Notes: generated from the sequence alone by a model not told the origin. Shown: positions 19,575 to 29,589, numbered from the stretch's first letter. The stretch is DNA of 64,000 nt from an uncultured bacterium (GCA_963726455.1 CAVSCK010000004.1:160001-224000); one strand, 5' to 3'. Translations and numbers: made by a program.

Positions 19575-21062
19575 GTGCGGGACTTCCAATATTCACCCAT
19601 ATCGGTCTTGCTGTGCCTTGTTGTACTGTTGCCCACAATCCGTCTTTTCGGTCAAGGTCGCGACAGTACATTTGTCGACATCGAATTAATCCGAAAGCAA
19701 TACGAGGGAAAGATCTTCTGGCTCACGGCTCGGGCAGCAGCGGACAGTTCCATTTGGCACGTGTGGAGTGAGCAAAAACTCAGCCCCCTGGAAAACTGCC
19801 GGCTAAGGCTCGAAAGGATATTTTGGCGTGAGAGGAGAGGCTCTGCAAAGGGTGCGCGGGAAGAGACCGATTCCCTGTGGCTTCATGTGCGGCTCTATCC
19901 GGCGAATAGTCGCATGAACTTGAGAGCGAGTATCGACTGCGGTCAGGCTCGTACACCTCGAGAGGTCGCTACCATCTTAGACCGCCTTCTATCCAAATCG
20001 CCGAGAGGCCTTGAACCTGGCGAAGTTGCCGGAATGAAACAAGGACCCGTGATTCAGTTTGTCGATGATATTGGCGACACCACACTCGGGAACGAGGAGA
20101 AGCGAGAGTTCATTGAACGTTTGGGCGTTACGCATCGGCACTTTCGAGGTACCATATCCTCGGATTTGCGGGCGATACTATCCGACTCGTTGTTCGACTG
20201 GTTGTGCCGTGATGAACGGCTACGATTCTATGCGGAATTCGAAGATCATCGCATTAGATGCGTCGTTGCCTCGAGATCAATATTCTTTGCGAACTACATT
20301 TTCGTCGGAATCGAGTTCGATTTTCCGGTACCGTATACCGGGGAATTTTGGCTTTGCGCGGGTCGTCAGACTAGCTTGGCCATAAACCTTGACGACGGCA
20401 AGATATATATTCTGAATGACGTGCCGCAAGGAATGGATCCACCGATTCCTGTATTCGCGCCAGATATTGATAGTCTTCTCGTGCAACTCAGTCTTTATCC
20501 GTTGCCTATTGACTCCACTAAGGAATTCCTGATCCGCGAGCTGTTCCCCTATATTATCTTTCCCAATCATTGTATCCTGCTGGAATCAGTAAAGGATCTG
20601 TGCTATTTCGACCAAAGCATGAAAAAGGAAAACGAGTACCTCCCTCTTCTTCAAACTGATTCGCTGTTACGGCGTGAACATTTCGCACCGGTTAACGGGA
20701 AGCTGGCAACACCGGAGTTGTATTGGACTTGGGAGAGTCTTTTTGATCAGTGGTGCGAGGCACGATCCACAGCTGCAATAGACGGGGCTGTGACACCGGC
20801 CGAGGGGAGAGACTCCATCACGATTGAAGAGTGGGTACGTCGGAACGCGGAAAGGATCGAAAGTTTTGACAAGTATGACGTTCGGCCGTTCACAATCTGT
20901 AAGGATTCAGCTTCTCTCTCCGTCAAAGGAATGATCTGGCTCATGAGCTCGGGCAACCTGAGCGATTGGGACATCGAGGTCCACTCCGACGGTAGCGTGC
21001 GTATTCGCCGAAGTCTGATCGCGAAGCATTACGGCCCTCTTACGGGGTGTGAGGAACAGTGA
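19575..21062 (+). CDS. Hypothetical secreted protein
   Basis: 495-aa ORF, GTG start after GGAGAG, hydrophobic signal-like N-terminus; no family recognised. Confidence 0.7.
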   Translation: MRDFQYSPISVLLCLVVLLPTIRLFGQGRDSTFVDIELIRKQYEGKIFWLTARAAADSSIWHVWSEQKLSPLENCRLRLERIFWRERRGSAKGAREETDSLWLHVRLYPANSRMNLRASIDCGQARTPREVATILDRLLSKSPRGLEPGEVAGMKQGPVIQFVDDIGDTTLGNEEKREFIERLGVTHRHFRGTISSDLRAILSDSLFDWLCRDERLRFYAEFEDHRIRCVVASRSIFFANYIFVGIEFDFPVPYTGEFWLCAGRQTSLAINLDDGKIYILNDVPQGMDPPIPVFAPDIDSLLVQLSLYPLPIDSTKEFLIRELFPYIIFPNHCILLESVKDLCYFDQSMKKENEYLPLLQTDSLLRREHFAPVNGKLATPELYWTWESLFDQWCEARSTAAIDGAVTPAEGRDSITIEEWVRRNAERIESFDKYDVRPFTICKDSASLSVKGMIWLMSSGNLSDWDIEVHSDGSVRIRRSLIAKHYGPLTGCEEQ

Positions 21063-21083
21063 CTGACCCTGGCATTCAGTTTC

Positions 21084-21237
21084 CTAGGTCGAAACGCCTT
21101 GTGGCATCACCCGCGATGTTGCTACCGCTTTTTCGGGGTTTCGACTTTTGTCATATCAGCAGTCAGCAGAATCGTCGAAACCCCGGAGATACTTGTAAAT
21201 GTGGATTGACTTGTTTCCATTAGGGGTTTCGACCAGC
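21084..21237 (+). repeat. REPIN-like ~153-bp element, copy 2
   Basis: Shares cggggtttcgac.tttgtcatatc.gcagtca.cagaatcgtcgaaaccccggaga core with copy 1. Confidence 0.85.
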
Positions 21238-21307
21238 GGGACTCGTCACCCTGTACCATTGTGAGTGTGGGCAAGCAGGCGTCTGATTCATAAAGCAACC
21301 ATTAGCT

Positions 21308-22675
21308 ATGTCATTAGTAATTCTTGAACAACTCCGGCGCTGGCGCTACACTGTCGTGCCGCTGCCGATCAAGTACGGGCGTCGATTCCGCCAAGTCTTC
21401 CGATTCCTTCAGGAACACCAGACGGCAAGTCGTGATGAAATCGCCGACTACCAGTGGCGACGGCTGCAGGAGTTGCTGCATTATGCCCATGCCCACGTTC
21501 CCTTCTATCAACGGCGTTTCAGCGCCATCGGAATGCATCCGTCCGACGTCAAGAGCAGGGAAGACTTTCGCAAGATTCCCTGTCTTACTCGCGATGAGGT
21601 CACCGATTATGTTGAGGAGTTGAAGTCCGACGAATTCGAGTCGCTTAGGCCGGTGCAAACGGTAACGAGCGGAACGAGTCGTGATCGCCTGAAGGTTTTT
21701 CGTTCCGCCGAGGCAGAAGTCTGGCGCAAGGCAATCATGTGGCGGCATTTCTTCAATATCGGATATCGCTTTCGCGATCGTCGCGCGCAGTTTGTGGGAA
21801 AGTTACGCTTTCTGACGGATCACGACCAGATGCCGATTGACTATAACGAGAATCTGCTGATGATCGAACAGGACGGGATTCGTCGCGATCACGCGCCCGC
21901 CATCTACGAGCGGATGAAGAAATTTGCGCCCAAGTTGATCTATTGTCAGCCGGCGAATATATCGTCACTGATTTTGTTGTTTCAGGATCATGGGCTGGAG
22001 CCCTTTCACGTCCCGATCGTGTATACGACGGGCGAGATTATCTACCCGCAGTACCGGCGGGCAATTGAGTCTTTCCTGGGGAGTCATATCGTCGACTACT
22101 ATGGCAATCGGGAGAATACGGTGGCGGCCACGCAATTGTCAGACGGCCGGAAGTATATCCAGAGCGAATATTGCTTTATGGAATTCGTGGACGAAACCGG
22201 CGAGGACGTCACCGATCAACCGGCGGACATTGTGGCAACATCGCTGGTCAACTACGCATTTCCGCTGATCCGATATCATACCGACGATCTGGGCATCTAT
22301 CACGGGTACCCCGCCGACGCTGTTGCAAATTACCCGGTGATGACGATTGTCGGCGGACGAGGGAAGGACTTGATTCTGACGCGCAAAGGGTTGATGTATC
22401 CGCAAGTTGATTTCAAGGAGCGGGCCGAGCGATTCCAGAGGGTGCGCGTTGAGCAGAAGACGCTCGAACACCTGCACATGACTTACGTGCCGACGAAGGC
22501 GTTTACGGGGCCGGATGACGAGGAGTACTTGCGGCGAATCTATCAGGATTACTTCGGGAGCGAATTTAAGTTAACGATTGAACGTGTGCCGGATATTCCG
22601 TTGACTTCCTCGGGCAAGAATGAGCTTTACGTCTCACAGTTGGCGATGGATTATTTGCGACAGAGGCAATCCTGA
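21308..22675 (+). CDS. Phenylacetate-CoA ligase family / CapK-like adenylate-forming protein
   Basis: HVPFY, TSGTS P-loop, YGNRE, TSLVNYAFPLIRY..DD, GR..D, SGK. Confidence 0.85.
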   Translation: MSLVILEQLRRWRYTVVPLPIKYGRRFRQVFRFLQEHQTASRDEIADYQWRRLQELLHYAHAHVPFYQRRFSAIGMHPSDVKSREDFRKIPCLTRDEVTDYVEELKSDEFESLRPVQTVTSGTSRDRLKVFRSAEAEVWRKAIMWRHFFNIGYRFRDRRAQFVGKLRFLTDHDQMPIDYNENLLMIEQDGIRRDHAPAIYERMKKFAPKLIYCQPANISSLILLFQDHGLEPFHVPIVYTTGEIIYPQYRRAIESFLGSHIVDYYGNRENTVAATQLSDGRKYIQSEYCFMEFVDETGEDVTDQPADIVATSLVNYAFPLIRYHTDDLGIYHGYPADAVANYPVMTIVGGRGKDLILTRKGLMYPQVDFKERAERFQRVRVEQKTLEHLHMTYVPTKAFTGPDDEEYLRRIYQDYFGSEFKLTIERVPDIPLTSSGKNELYVSQLAMDYLRQRQS

Positions 22676-22682
22676 TAGTGTC

Positions 22683-22834
22683 GTAAGTCGAATCCCTTTA
22701 TGGGCTACCTGTGATGTGGCTCCCACGCCTGTTGGGTTTCGATATTTGTCCTGTCAGCAGTTCAAGGAATTGTCGAAACCCCCGGGATGCGTGTCGATGA
22801 ACGCAACGTGATTCCATTGGGAGTTTCGACTTAC
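22683..22834 (+). repeat. REPIN-like ~153-bp element, copy 3
   Basis: Perfect terminal IR gtaagtcgaa/ttcgacttac; same four-box layout. Confidence 0.85.
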
Positions 22835-23064
22835 GGAACTGAGGAGCGAATGAGCGCGAAAGTTGAATTTGACTATAAACATACCGTAATTTAGCCCATA
22901 TTTTACGTAACAAAATACTTGCCAAAGTTGCTGACGGTTTTTATCTTCGGGCAATTTTTCGGGGGCATCGGCGGCCTTGTAACAGGCGCAATGGGTAACG
23001 AAGCAAAAAAAGGTATGATGTTTCAATAGATCGTCTGTGCGGCAGGCGGTAGAAAGGTAACAAA

Positions 23065-25230
23065 GTGACTCTAACCCCAACACACTTTATCGTCTTTGTC
23101 TACGCTATCTCGGCGATATCGCTGTTGTTCGCCTGGTTTTTGGCGCGCAAAGTGCTCAGCGCCGACACCGGCACCGCGAAGATGCGTGAAGTATCAGACG
23201 CGATCAAGGAGGGCGCCAGCGCGTTTGTCAAGAAGCAGTATACGACGATCGGCTATCTCGCTGTAGGCGCGGCAATACTGATATTTGTACTTTATCAATT
23301 CGGCCTGAAGGACTCCAACGCGGTCAAGGTCACGATTGCATTCGTGATCGGCGCGGCGGCTTCATCGGTCGCCGGTATTATCGGAATGTTCATCTCGGTA
23401 CGGTCGAATATTCGCACCGCGGCGGCAGTCACGACGAGTCTCAACGGCGGTTTGAAGATGGCATTGCGCGGTGGCGCGGTGTCCGGTATTACGGTGGTTG
23501 CCATGAGTCTGCTGGGTGTCGGCGGATTGTTCGCGATTTACGGCGGCATGGCCAGCGCCGGAGCGGCCGAAGCGACGACGGTGCCTTTGCAGATCGTCGG
23601 TTTTGGTTTCGGCGCAAGTTTCGTGGCGCTGTTCGCCCAGTTGGGCGGCGGTATTTACACCAAGGCGGCGGATGTCGGCGCGGATTTGATCGGTAAGGTC
23701 GAGTCCGGTTTGCCGGAGGACGATCCTCGTAACCCCGCCGTAATTTCCGACCTGGTGGGCGACAATGTCGGCGACTGTGCGGGTCGTGGCGCTGATTTGT
23801 TCGAATCGATTTCAGCGGAAAATATCGGCGCGATGATTCTGGGCATGGCGTTGTGGCCGGTGTTCGGATTATATGGAATTCTGTTTCCACTGGTAGCGCG
23901 TGCGTTCGGTCTCATTTCGACCATCGTAGGCGTGCTGGTGGTGAAGATCAAGGAAGATGAAGACCCGATGAAGGGACTTAATCGCGGTTATTTCGTGACC
24001 ACGGTTCTGGCGATGATCGGCTTCTATATTTCGGTGTATTTCCTGCTGGGAAATAATCTCTGGTTCTTTATGGCGGGTGTGGTCGGATTGATCACGGCGC
24101 TGGGGTTCGTATTCGTCACGCAGTATTACACCGAATATCGCTATCGACCCGTTAAAAGCATCGCGCTGGCATCGCAGACGGGACCGGCGACCAATATTAT
24201 CATGGGATATTCAGTCAGTTTGGAGTGCGTCGGTATTCCGGTGCTGTTGATTTGCGCGGCGCTGATGGCATCCTATCAATGCGGCGTGCACGGGATTCTG
24301 GCGCTTCAGGCGACGATGCCGGGCCTGCAGGTGGCGGCACATAATGCCGGATTCTACGGAACGGCGATCGCGACGATGGGTATGCTGGCCCCGTGCGCCT
24401 ACATTCTGGCGATGGATACGTTCGGCCCGATCACGGACAACGCGGGCGGTATTATCGAAATGTCTGGTCAACCGAAAGAAGTCCGCGTCCGGACGGACCG
24501 GCTCGATTCGGTGGGCAACACGACCAAGGCATTGACGAAAGGTTATGCGATCGGCAGCGCGGCGCTGTCGGCGTTCCTGTTGTTCCGCGCGTACATTGAC
24601 GAAGTTGAAAAGTTCATGGCCAAGCGCGGTATTACCGGCATAGTCAGAGTTGACCTGAGCGACGTGGCGACATTTGTCGGCGCGCTCCTGGGAGCGGCGC
24701 TGGTATTCGTGTTCAGCGCGCTGGCGATTCGTGCCGTCGGACGCGCGGCGTACTACGTAATCAACGAAGTGCGCGCGCAGTTCAAGGAGTTCCCGGGTAT
24801 TATGAAGGGCACGCAGAAGCCGCTCTATGGTCGCTGCGTGGAGATCGTGACGGCGGGCGCTTTGAAGGAAATGATTCTGCCGGGATTGCTGGCGGTGATT
24901 ACGCCGGTGGCCGTGGGAGTATTGTTCCGAGTGTTCACCCCCACAGGATCGCTGGCCGCAGTGCAAACGGTGGCGGCGATGCTGATGGTCGGCACGATCA
25001 CGGGTATTCTGGTTGCCACAATGATGAACAACGGTGGTGGCGCCTGGGACAATGCGAAGAAGTTCATCGAGACGGGAGCGTTCGGCGGCAAGGGTTCGGA
25101 TACGCATAAAGCGGCAGTGGTCGGCGATACGGTTGGTGATCCGTTGAAGGATACTGCCGGTCCGTCGATTCACGTGTTGATCAAGTTGCTCAGTACAGTT
25201 TCGCTGTTGGCGGCGCCGTTCTTCTTGTAG
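23065..25230 (+). CDS. hppA: Membrane-integral H+-translocating pyrophosphatase, K+-independent type
   Basis: DVGADLIGKVE, EDDPRNP, DNVGDCAG, GNTTKALTKG (Lys at K/A determinant), GDTVGDPLKDT. Confidence 0.95.
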   Translation: MTLTPTHFIVFVYAISAISLLFAWFLARKVLSADTGTAKMREVSDAIKEGASAFVKKQYTTIGYLAVGAAILIFVLYQFGLKDSNAVKVTIAFVIGAAASSVAGIIGMFISVRSNIRTAAAVTTSLNGGLKMALRGGAVSGITVVAMSLLGVGGLFAIYGGMASAGAAEATTVPLQIVGFGFGASFVALFAQLGGGIYTKAADVGADLIGKVESGLPEDDPRNPAVISDLVGDNVGDCAGRGADLFESISAENIGAMILGMALWPVFGLYGILFPLVARAFGLISTIVGVLVVKIKEDEDPMKGLNRGYFVTTVLAMIGFYISVYFLLGNNLWFFMAGVVGLITALGFVFVTQYYTEYRYRPVKSIALASQTGPATNIIMGYSVSLECVGIPVLLICAALMASYQCGVHGILALQATMPGLQVAAHNAGFYGTAIATMGMLAPCAYILAMDTFGPITDNAGGIIEMSGQPKEVRVRTDRLDSVGNTTKALTKGYAIGSAALSAFLLFRAYIDEVEKFMAKRGITGIVRVDLSDVATFVGALLGAALVFVFSALAIRAVGRAAYYVINEVRAQFKEFPGIMKGTQKPLYGRCVEIVTAGALKEMILPGLLAVITPVAVGVLFRVFTPTGSLAAVQTVAAMLMVGTITGILVATMMNNGGGAWDNAKKFIETGAFGGKGSDTHKAAVVGDTVGDPLKDTAGPSIHVLIKLLSTVSLLAAPFFL

Positions 25231-25257
25231 AATTAGCGTACATACAGTCAATATGTA

Positions 25258-25292
25258 ACCGGCAGACGTGAAGTCTGCCGGTTTCTTTTTTT
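25258..25292 (+). terminator. Intrinsic terminator after hppA
   Basis: accggcagac-gtgaa-gtctgccggt + T-rich tail. Confidence 0.85.
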
Positions 25293-25302
25293 GAAATCCG
25301 GC

Positions 25303-25330
25303 TTGACAAACGTCGACAATAAGCTACATT
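25303..25330 (+). promoter_or_regulatory. Putative sigma70 promoter
   Basis: TTGACA-N16-TACATT upstream of 25417 gene. Confidence 0.55.
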
Positions 25331-25416
25331 GGCAGGACAGTTAAAGAGTGAGATAATTCGTTGCGGGCGCAATGCGGGTGGCGCACGTGGGCGGGCGTTT
25401 GGCTATTGGAGGCGTA

Positions 25417-28400
25417 ATGATGAAAAGGTTAATGGTCTTGATGGTGGGGTTGGTGCTGGTGATTGTCGCGGTCGGAAAAGGAGCGACGATTCATGTGCCG
25501 GCGGATCAGCCGACGATTCAGGCGGGGATCAATGCGGCGGTGGATGGGGATACGGTGTTGGTGGCGGCGGGGCTATACAGAGAAGACACTCTGACCATTA
25601 GCAGCAAATATCTGACAATTCGTGGATCGTTCAACCCAGACACAACTTTCTTTGACGGCCGCATGGTCGTGAACAACTCTAACGTCGTTATTCGGACAGT
25701 GGCGTTCACTCATTTGGGTTCATTGAATGAATCGGGGGGTGTGTTCTACGGTGTATCCAGTGACCTCGACGCAGACTCTATAGTCGTGCAAGAAAGCAAG
25801 GCCATAAAGGGCGGTGCGCTCTGCATAGAGAATGGTGGTCGAATTGTAATATCACACTCTAACATCACTGGCTACGTCACATGCGAATCCCCATGCACAT
25901 GGGGAGAACGCGTTGGAGGAGCCATTTACGTGACCGCGAGGTCTTTCGTCATGTCTGAGTGTATCGTGAGCGGTTACGCAAACTACGAACCACGGGATGG
26001 CAAAGCCGCCGGTGGGGCGCTCTATCTGAATTGTGATACGGTTGCTATATGCGGGAGCGACGTGAGCGGGTATGCCAGAGCTTGGTCTGGAGGCGCCAAT
26101 GTAGCCGAGGGAGGCGTCATACGCTGTTCGGCAGTCACTTATCGTTCGAGGGGTAACGTGTTTTCTGGTTACGCTCAGGCCGATGGTAATAAGGTGACGC
26201 CTGCTGACTATCCATCCGCCGACAGTCGTGGTGGTGCCTTATTCTTGAACGTCCACGATGGGTATATCGTCGATGACATATACAGGCAGTGCTACAGTTC
26301 GGCATCATATTGGACAACTCTGGGGCATGGTAACGGAGCCAAAGCGTTCGGAGGAGCCATTTACGCGACAGGTTCAGGTACGGTCAAGATTTCCAATGCG
26401 GTATTCGATACGACTTTTGTTCAGGTATCCGATAGCACGGATAGTCTTCAGATTGCCCTTGGCGGTGCCGTCTACTCCGATTGCCAGACCACTATCGAGT
26501 GTGGAATTTTTCATTCGGTCTTGCCCGACTACGTATTTGGCGCTCAGTTGATCCCGTGCAGCGCCCCACCCAACCGCGTGTGGTACGTGTCTGCAGCAGG
26601 TTCATTGTGCTCCGAAGATGGGAGCGCCTATTTTCCACTGCAATCGATCCAAGGAGCCATCAACGTGGCGGTGGACGGCGATACAGTCATAGTTTTGCCC
26701 GGCTCTTACTACGAAGAGAACATTAGTTTAATGGGCAAATCGGTAATTTTGTCGAGCCGCTACATCTTTGACAACGATCCAAGTTATGTCGAAAACACGA
26801 AGATAATTGACACTCTCTGGTATTTGCACATCTATCAGTCGCGAAATCCTAGAATAATCTGCGAATCGGGAGAAGGTCCTAAGACTGTCATAAGCGGATT
26901 CAGCATTTATGGAAGTCAAGGAGTGAGGATCGCCAGTGCCTCACCGACAGTACAGAGCAACAAGTTCATGTGCTACAAGCGTGCTGGAGGTGGGGCCGGA
27001 ATTTACGTCAATAACGGTTCGAGCAGGATCACCGGAAATCACTTTAGCTGTTGGCTCGACATTATGGGTAGTGGTGGGGCCATCCTGGCAGAACACTCAT
27101 CGCTTTACATCGCAAACAACAGCTTTTCCAATTGCTATAGTCCTGAAGGAGGGGGTGCGATAGGTCTACAATTCGGGGACTCAACAGAAATTCGCAACTG
27201 CTTGTTTTCTGGAAATAGGGCATCTGTCGGAATGGCAGTGGCTGCGCAACAGTGTTCTCAGACCGTCATCGATTCGTGCAGATTTGAGGATCACTATGAC
27301 GGAACGAGTGTCGTAGATGGTGATGGCCTGAAGATCGAGAATTGCGTCTTTGTGAATCATATGCCGCAAGGGGAATCCAGCGCGCTAAGAGTCTCCGACT
27401 CGCGGATCGAATCTGATTCGATAAGCGGTTTTGCGTACGGAATTTACGTCAATGGTTGGGGTGGGTCGATTCGTAACTCCATTATTGAAGGTAATACTAT
27501 CGGCGTCAAGTTAGGTCTGCAGTCTTACATTAATTCGAGTAGGATAACAGGAAGTTCGCAGGTTGGCATTCTGAGTTACCTCTTCGACAACACCTGCAGT
27601 ATTGAATCGTGCTTTGTTGACGGAAATCGCGGAGCTATCGAAGTTACCGAGGAAGGCGGGACAATTCGGCGATGCGTGTTAGCAAACAACTTGGATTATG
27701 GCGTCCGAGGGTTAGGAGAAACCTCTTCGCCCCTTCTGATACAAAACAACACGATTTGGGGGGGCGCAATTGGATTGGAAATTGGCGCGACCAATATTGT
27801 CGAGAACAATGCTGTGGTGGCAGACTCAATAGGCATTGTACTAAACGGAGATGGGGGCCAAAGATATGCACCACTCAGCACGCAATACAATGACATTTGG
27901 TCTCCGAATCCTTTCCAGACCTGTTCTCCTATTCTGGGAGACACGTCCTTGAATTTGAACGTCAACGGGATCCCATGCGACAGTTTTCAGAACATCTTTC
28001 GCGACCCACTCTTCGTCAATTCTGCGGTGGGCGACTTCTCCTTGCAGTCGAATTCCCCTTGCATTGATGCGGGCAACCCAGATATGATGTTCTACGATCC
28101 CGATGGCACACGAAACGATATAGGTGCGCGTTTCTTTCCACATTGGATGAGTCTCAAGGGTGTCTTGGTTGAGGAACTGCCAACACCGACGCATATAGTC
28201 AGCCATTCTCCGGCAATCTCATGGTGGTATGAGAGTCTGCCAACGGCACTCCATCAAAGCAAATGCGAAATTGCCGTCGGAAGCGACTCCGATTGGACTT
28301 ACTCTGAGTTGTGGAATCCTTCACCGTTCAATTCGGCGGATACGTTTGTCGTGTACAATGGATCACCATTGACCGACGGTGCGACATACTGGTTGCGGCT

Positions 28401-29289
28401 GCGAGTGAACAATTCGCTGGTGTGGTCGGACTGGAAACAGATTTCGTTTCGGATGAACAGTGTTCCTTGTGTACCGCAGTTGCAGTTGCCACTATCGGGC
28501 GAGATCGTGACGACACAGCAGCCGACACTCTCGATTCGAAACTCCGCCGACGCGGAAAACGACAGTCTGGAATATATCTTCGAAATCTCTCAGGACAGTA
28601 TGTTCACGACCATGTTCAGCTTTGTCTCAAGACAGCAAGGCGACTCTGTAACATCCATTGTCATTGACTCAGTGTTGGCAGAGGACGTTAGGTACTGGTG
28701 GCGTGTTAAGGCGAGCGACTACTTTGAGCAGTCAGTCTATTCGCCGTCGCGGTCGTTCTATGTGAATAGTCACAACTCGCCCCCATCGGCATTTACCCTC
28801 ACCAGTCCTGTCAACACATTGACCACATCAGTCGCGACGCTCTTGCCGCAATTCATTTGGTCGGCCGCTTCTGATCCCGATCCGTTCGATTCTGTCCGTT
28901 ACTCCTTGTTCATTGCAGTCGATCAGCATTTTGTGTTTGCTAGCGAAGTATCTGATCTTCCAGCCAACTCGTTCGAAATAGCAGATTCACTCTCTTGGGG
29001 CACACGCTACTGGTGGAAAGTTAAAGCATACGATCCTCATGGTGCAGCAACTTGGTCTGGCCAGGTTTTCAGCTTCCGCACAGCCACTCTAGGCGACGCG
29101 GACGGTGATGCGTCAATCACTATTGCGGATGTCGTCTTCTTGGTGAATTACATCTTTGCCGACGGTGCAGCTCCGCAACCTTTGTTTACAGGAGACGCAA
29201 ACTGCGATGGCGGAATCAACATTGCGGACGCCGTTTACGTGATCAATTACATATTTGTAGATGGTTCGGCGCCGTGCGGGGAGTTCTAG
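25417..29289 (+). CDS. Large secreted parallel beta-helix (Pmp-like GGAI repeats) / FN3-like protein with C-terminal dockerin
   Basis: GGAGG SD, signal peptide, ATIHVPADQPTIQAGI cap, repeated GGA[ILV], SPCIDAGNP, three YW.RV/YWWKV beta-sandwich units, dockerin from ~29092. Confidence 0.85.
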   Translation: MMKRLMVLMVGLVLVIVAVGKGATIHVPADQPTIQAGINAAVDGDTVLVAAGLYREDTLTISSKYLTIRGSFNPDTTFFDGRMVVNNSNVVIRTVAFTHLGSLNESGGVFYGVSSDLDADSIVVQESKAIKGGALCIENGGRIVISHSNITGYVTCESPCTWGERVGGAIYVTARSFVMSECIVSGYANYEPRDGKAAGGALYLNCDTVAICGSDVSGYARAWSGGANVAEGGVIRCSAVTYRSRGNVFSGYAQADGNKVTPADYPSADSRGGALFLNVHDGYIVDDIYRQCYSSASYWTTLGHGNGAKAFGGAIYATGSGTVKISNAVFDTTFVQVSDSTDSLQIALGGAVYSDCQTTIECGIFHSVLPDYVFGAQLIPCSAPPNRVWYVSAAGSLCSEDGSAYFPLQSIQGAINVAVDGDTVIVLPGSYYEENISLMGKSVILSSRYIFDNDPSYVENTKIIDTLWYLHIYQSRNPRIICESGEGPKTVISGFSIYGSQGVRIASASPTVQSNKFMCYKRAGGGAGIYVNNGSSRITGNHFSCWLDIMGSGGAILAEHSSLYIANNSFSNCYSPEGGGAIGLQFGDSTEIRNCLFSGNRASVGMAVAAQQCSQTVIDSCRFEDHYDGTSVVDGDGLKIENCVFVNHMPQGESSALRVSDSRIESDSISGFAYGIYVNGWGGSIRNSIIEGNTIGVKLGLQSYINSSRITGSSQVGILSYLFDNTCSIESCFVDGNRGAIEVTEEGGTIRRCVLANNLDYGVRGLGETSSPLLIQNNTIWGGAIGLEIGATNIVENNAVVADSIGIVLNGDGGQRYAPLSTQYNDIWSPNPFQTCSPILGDTSLNLNVNGIPCDSFQNIFRDPLFVNSAVGDFSLQSNSPCIDAGNPDMMFYDPDGTRNDIGARFFPHWMSLKGVLVEELPTPTHIVSHSPAISWWYESLPTALHQSKCEIAVGSDSDWTYSELWNPSPFNSADTFVVYNGSPLTDGATYWLRLRVNNSLVWSDWKQISFRMNSVPCVPQLQLPLSGEIVTTQQPTLSIRNSADAENDSLEYIFEISQDSMFTTMFSFVSRQQGDSVTSIVIDSVLAEDVRYWWRVKASDYFEQSVYSPSRSFYVNSHNSPPSAFTLTSPVNTLTTSVATLLPQFIWSAASDPDPFDSVRYSLFIAVDQHFVFASEVSDLPANSFEIADSLSWGTRYWWKVKAYDPHGAATWSGQVFSFRTATLGDADGDASITIADVVFLVNYIFADGAAPQPLFTGDANCDGGINIADAVYVINYIFVDGSAPCGEF

Positions 29290-29298
29290 CGATCAGGG

Positions 29299-29357
29299 GT
29301 GTCAGGTCACACCATTCGCCCCGTGGGACGGGTCGAATGGCAGGACCGCGACACAAC
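29299..29357. repeat. ACA/CAG internal-loop hairpin, copy B
   Basis: gtgtcaggtc-aca-ccattcg..cgaatgg-cag-gaccgcgacac-aac. Confidence 0.7.
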
Positions 29358-29370
29358 TTGTTAGTCGGCT

Positions 29371-29398
29371 CCGTCAGGAAGGGGTTCCTGACGGCGCG
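29371..29398. repeat. REP-like palindrome, family 1 (copy 3, inverted)
   Basis: ccgtcaggaaggggttcctgacggcgcg. Confidence 0.8.
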
Positions 29399-29421
29399 CT
29401 GAAAGCATATGTGTTGGTAGG

Positions 29422-29571
29422 CGCGCTCCCTCACCCCCGGCCCAGTCAATATGAGACGCAGGTTCAATCGCGCTCCCTCACCCCCGACCCCTCTCCCGAA
29501 GGGCGAGGGGAGAAAGTTGGTACACGCGCTCCCTCACCCCCGACCCCTCTCCCGAAGGGCGAGGGGAGAAA
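29422..29571. repeat. Tandem 47-bp 'ccctcacccccgacccctctccc..gggcgagggg' palindromic repeats (2 full + 1 partial)
   Basis: Identical copies at 29469-29515 and 29525-29571, partial at 29422-29439. Confidence 0.85.
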
Positions 29572-29589
29572 TGGTGAGGCAAAATAAGA

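Noticed and set aside
24211-25251. Long antisense ORFs (also 247-1086, 8751-9452, 4965-5690, 62259-62861)
   Set aside because: Shadows of well-supported genes on the opposite strand, expected in GC-rich coding DNA.
29422-29571. Possible CRISPR array
   Set aside because: Only two full 47-bp units with 9 bp between them and no cas genes in the window.
29261-29587. 108-aa ORF containing SLTPDPSPEGRG
   Set aside because: Spurious translation of the palindromic repeats.
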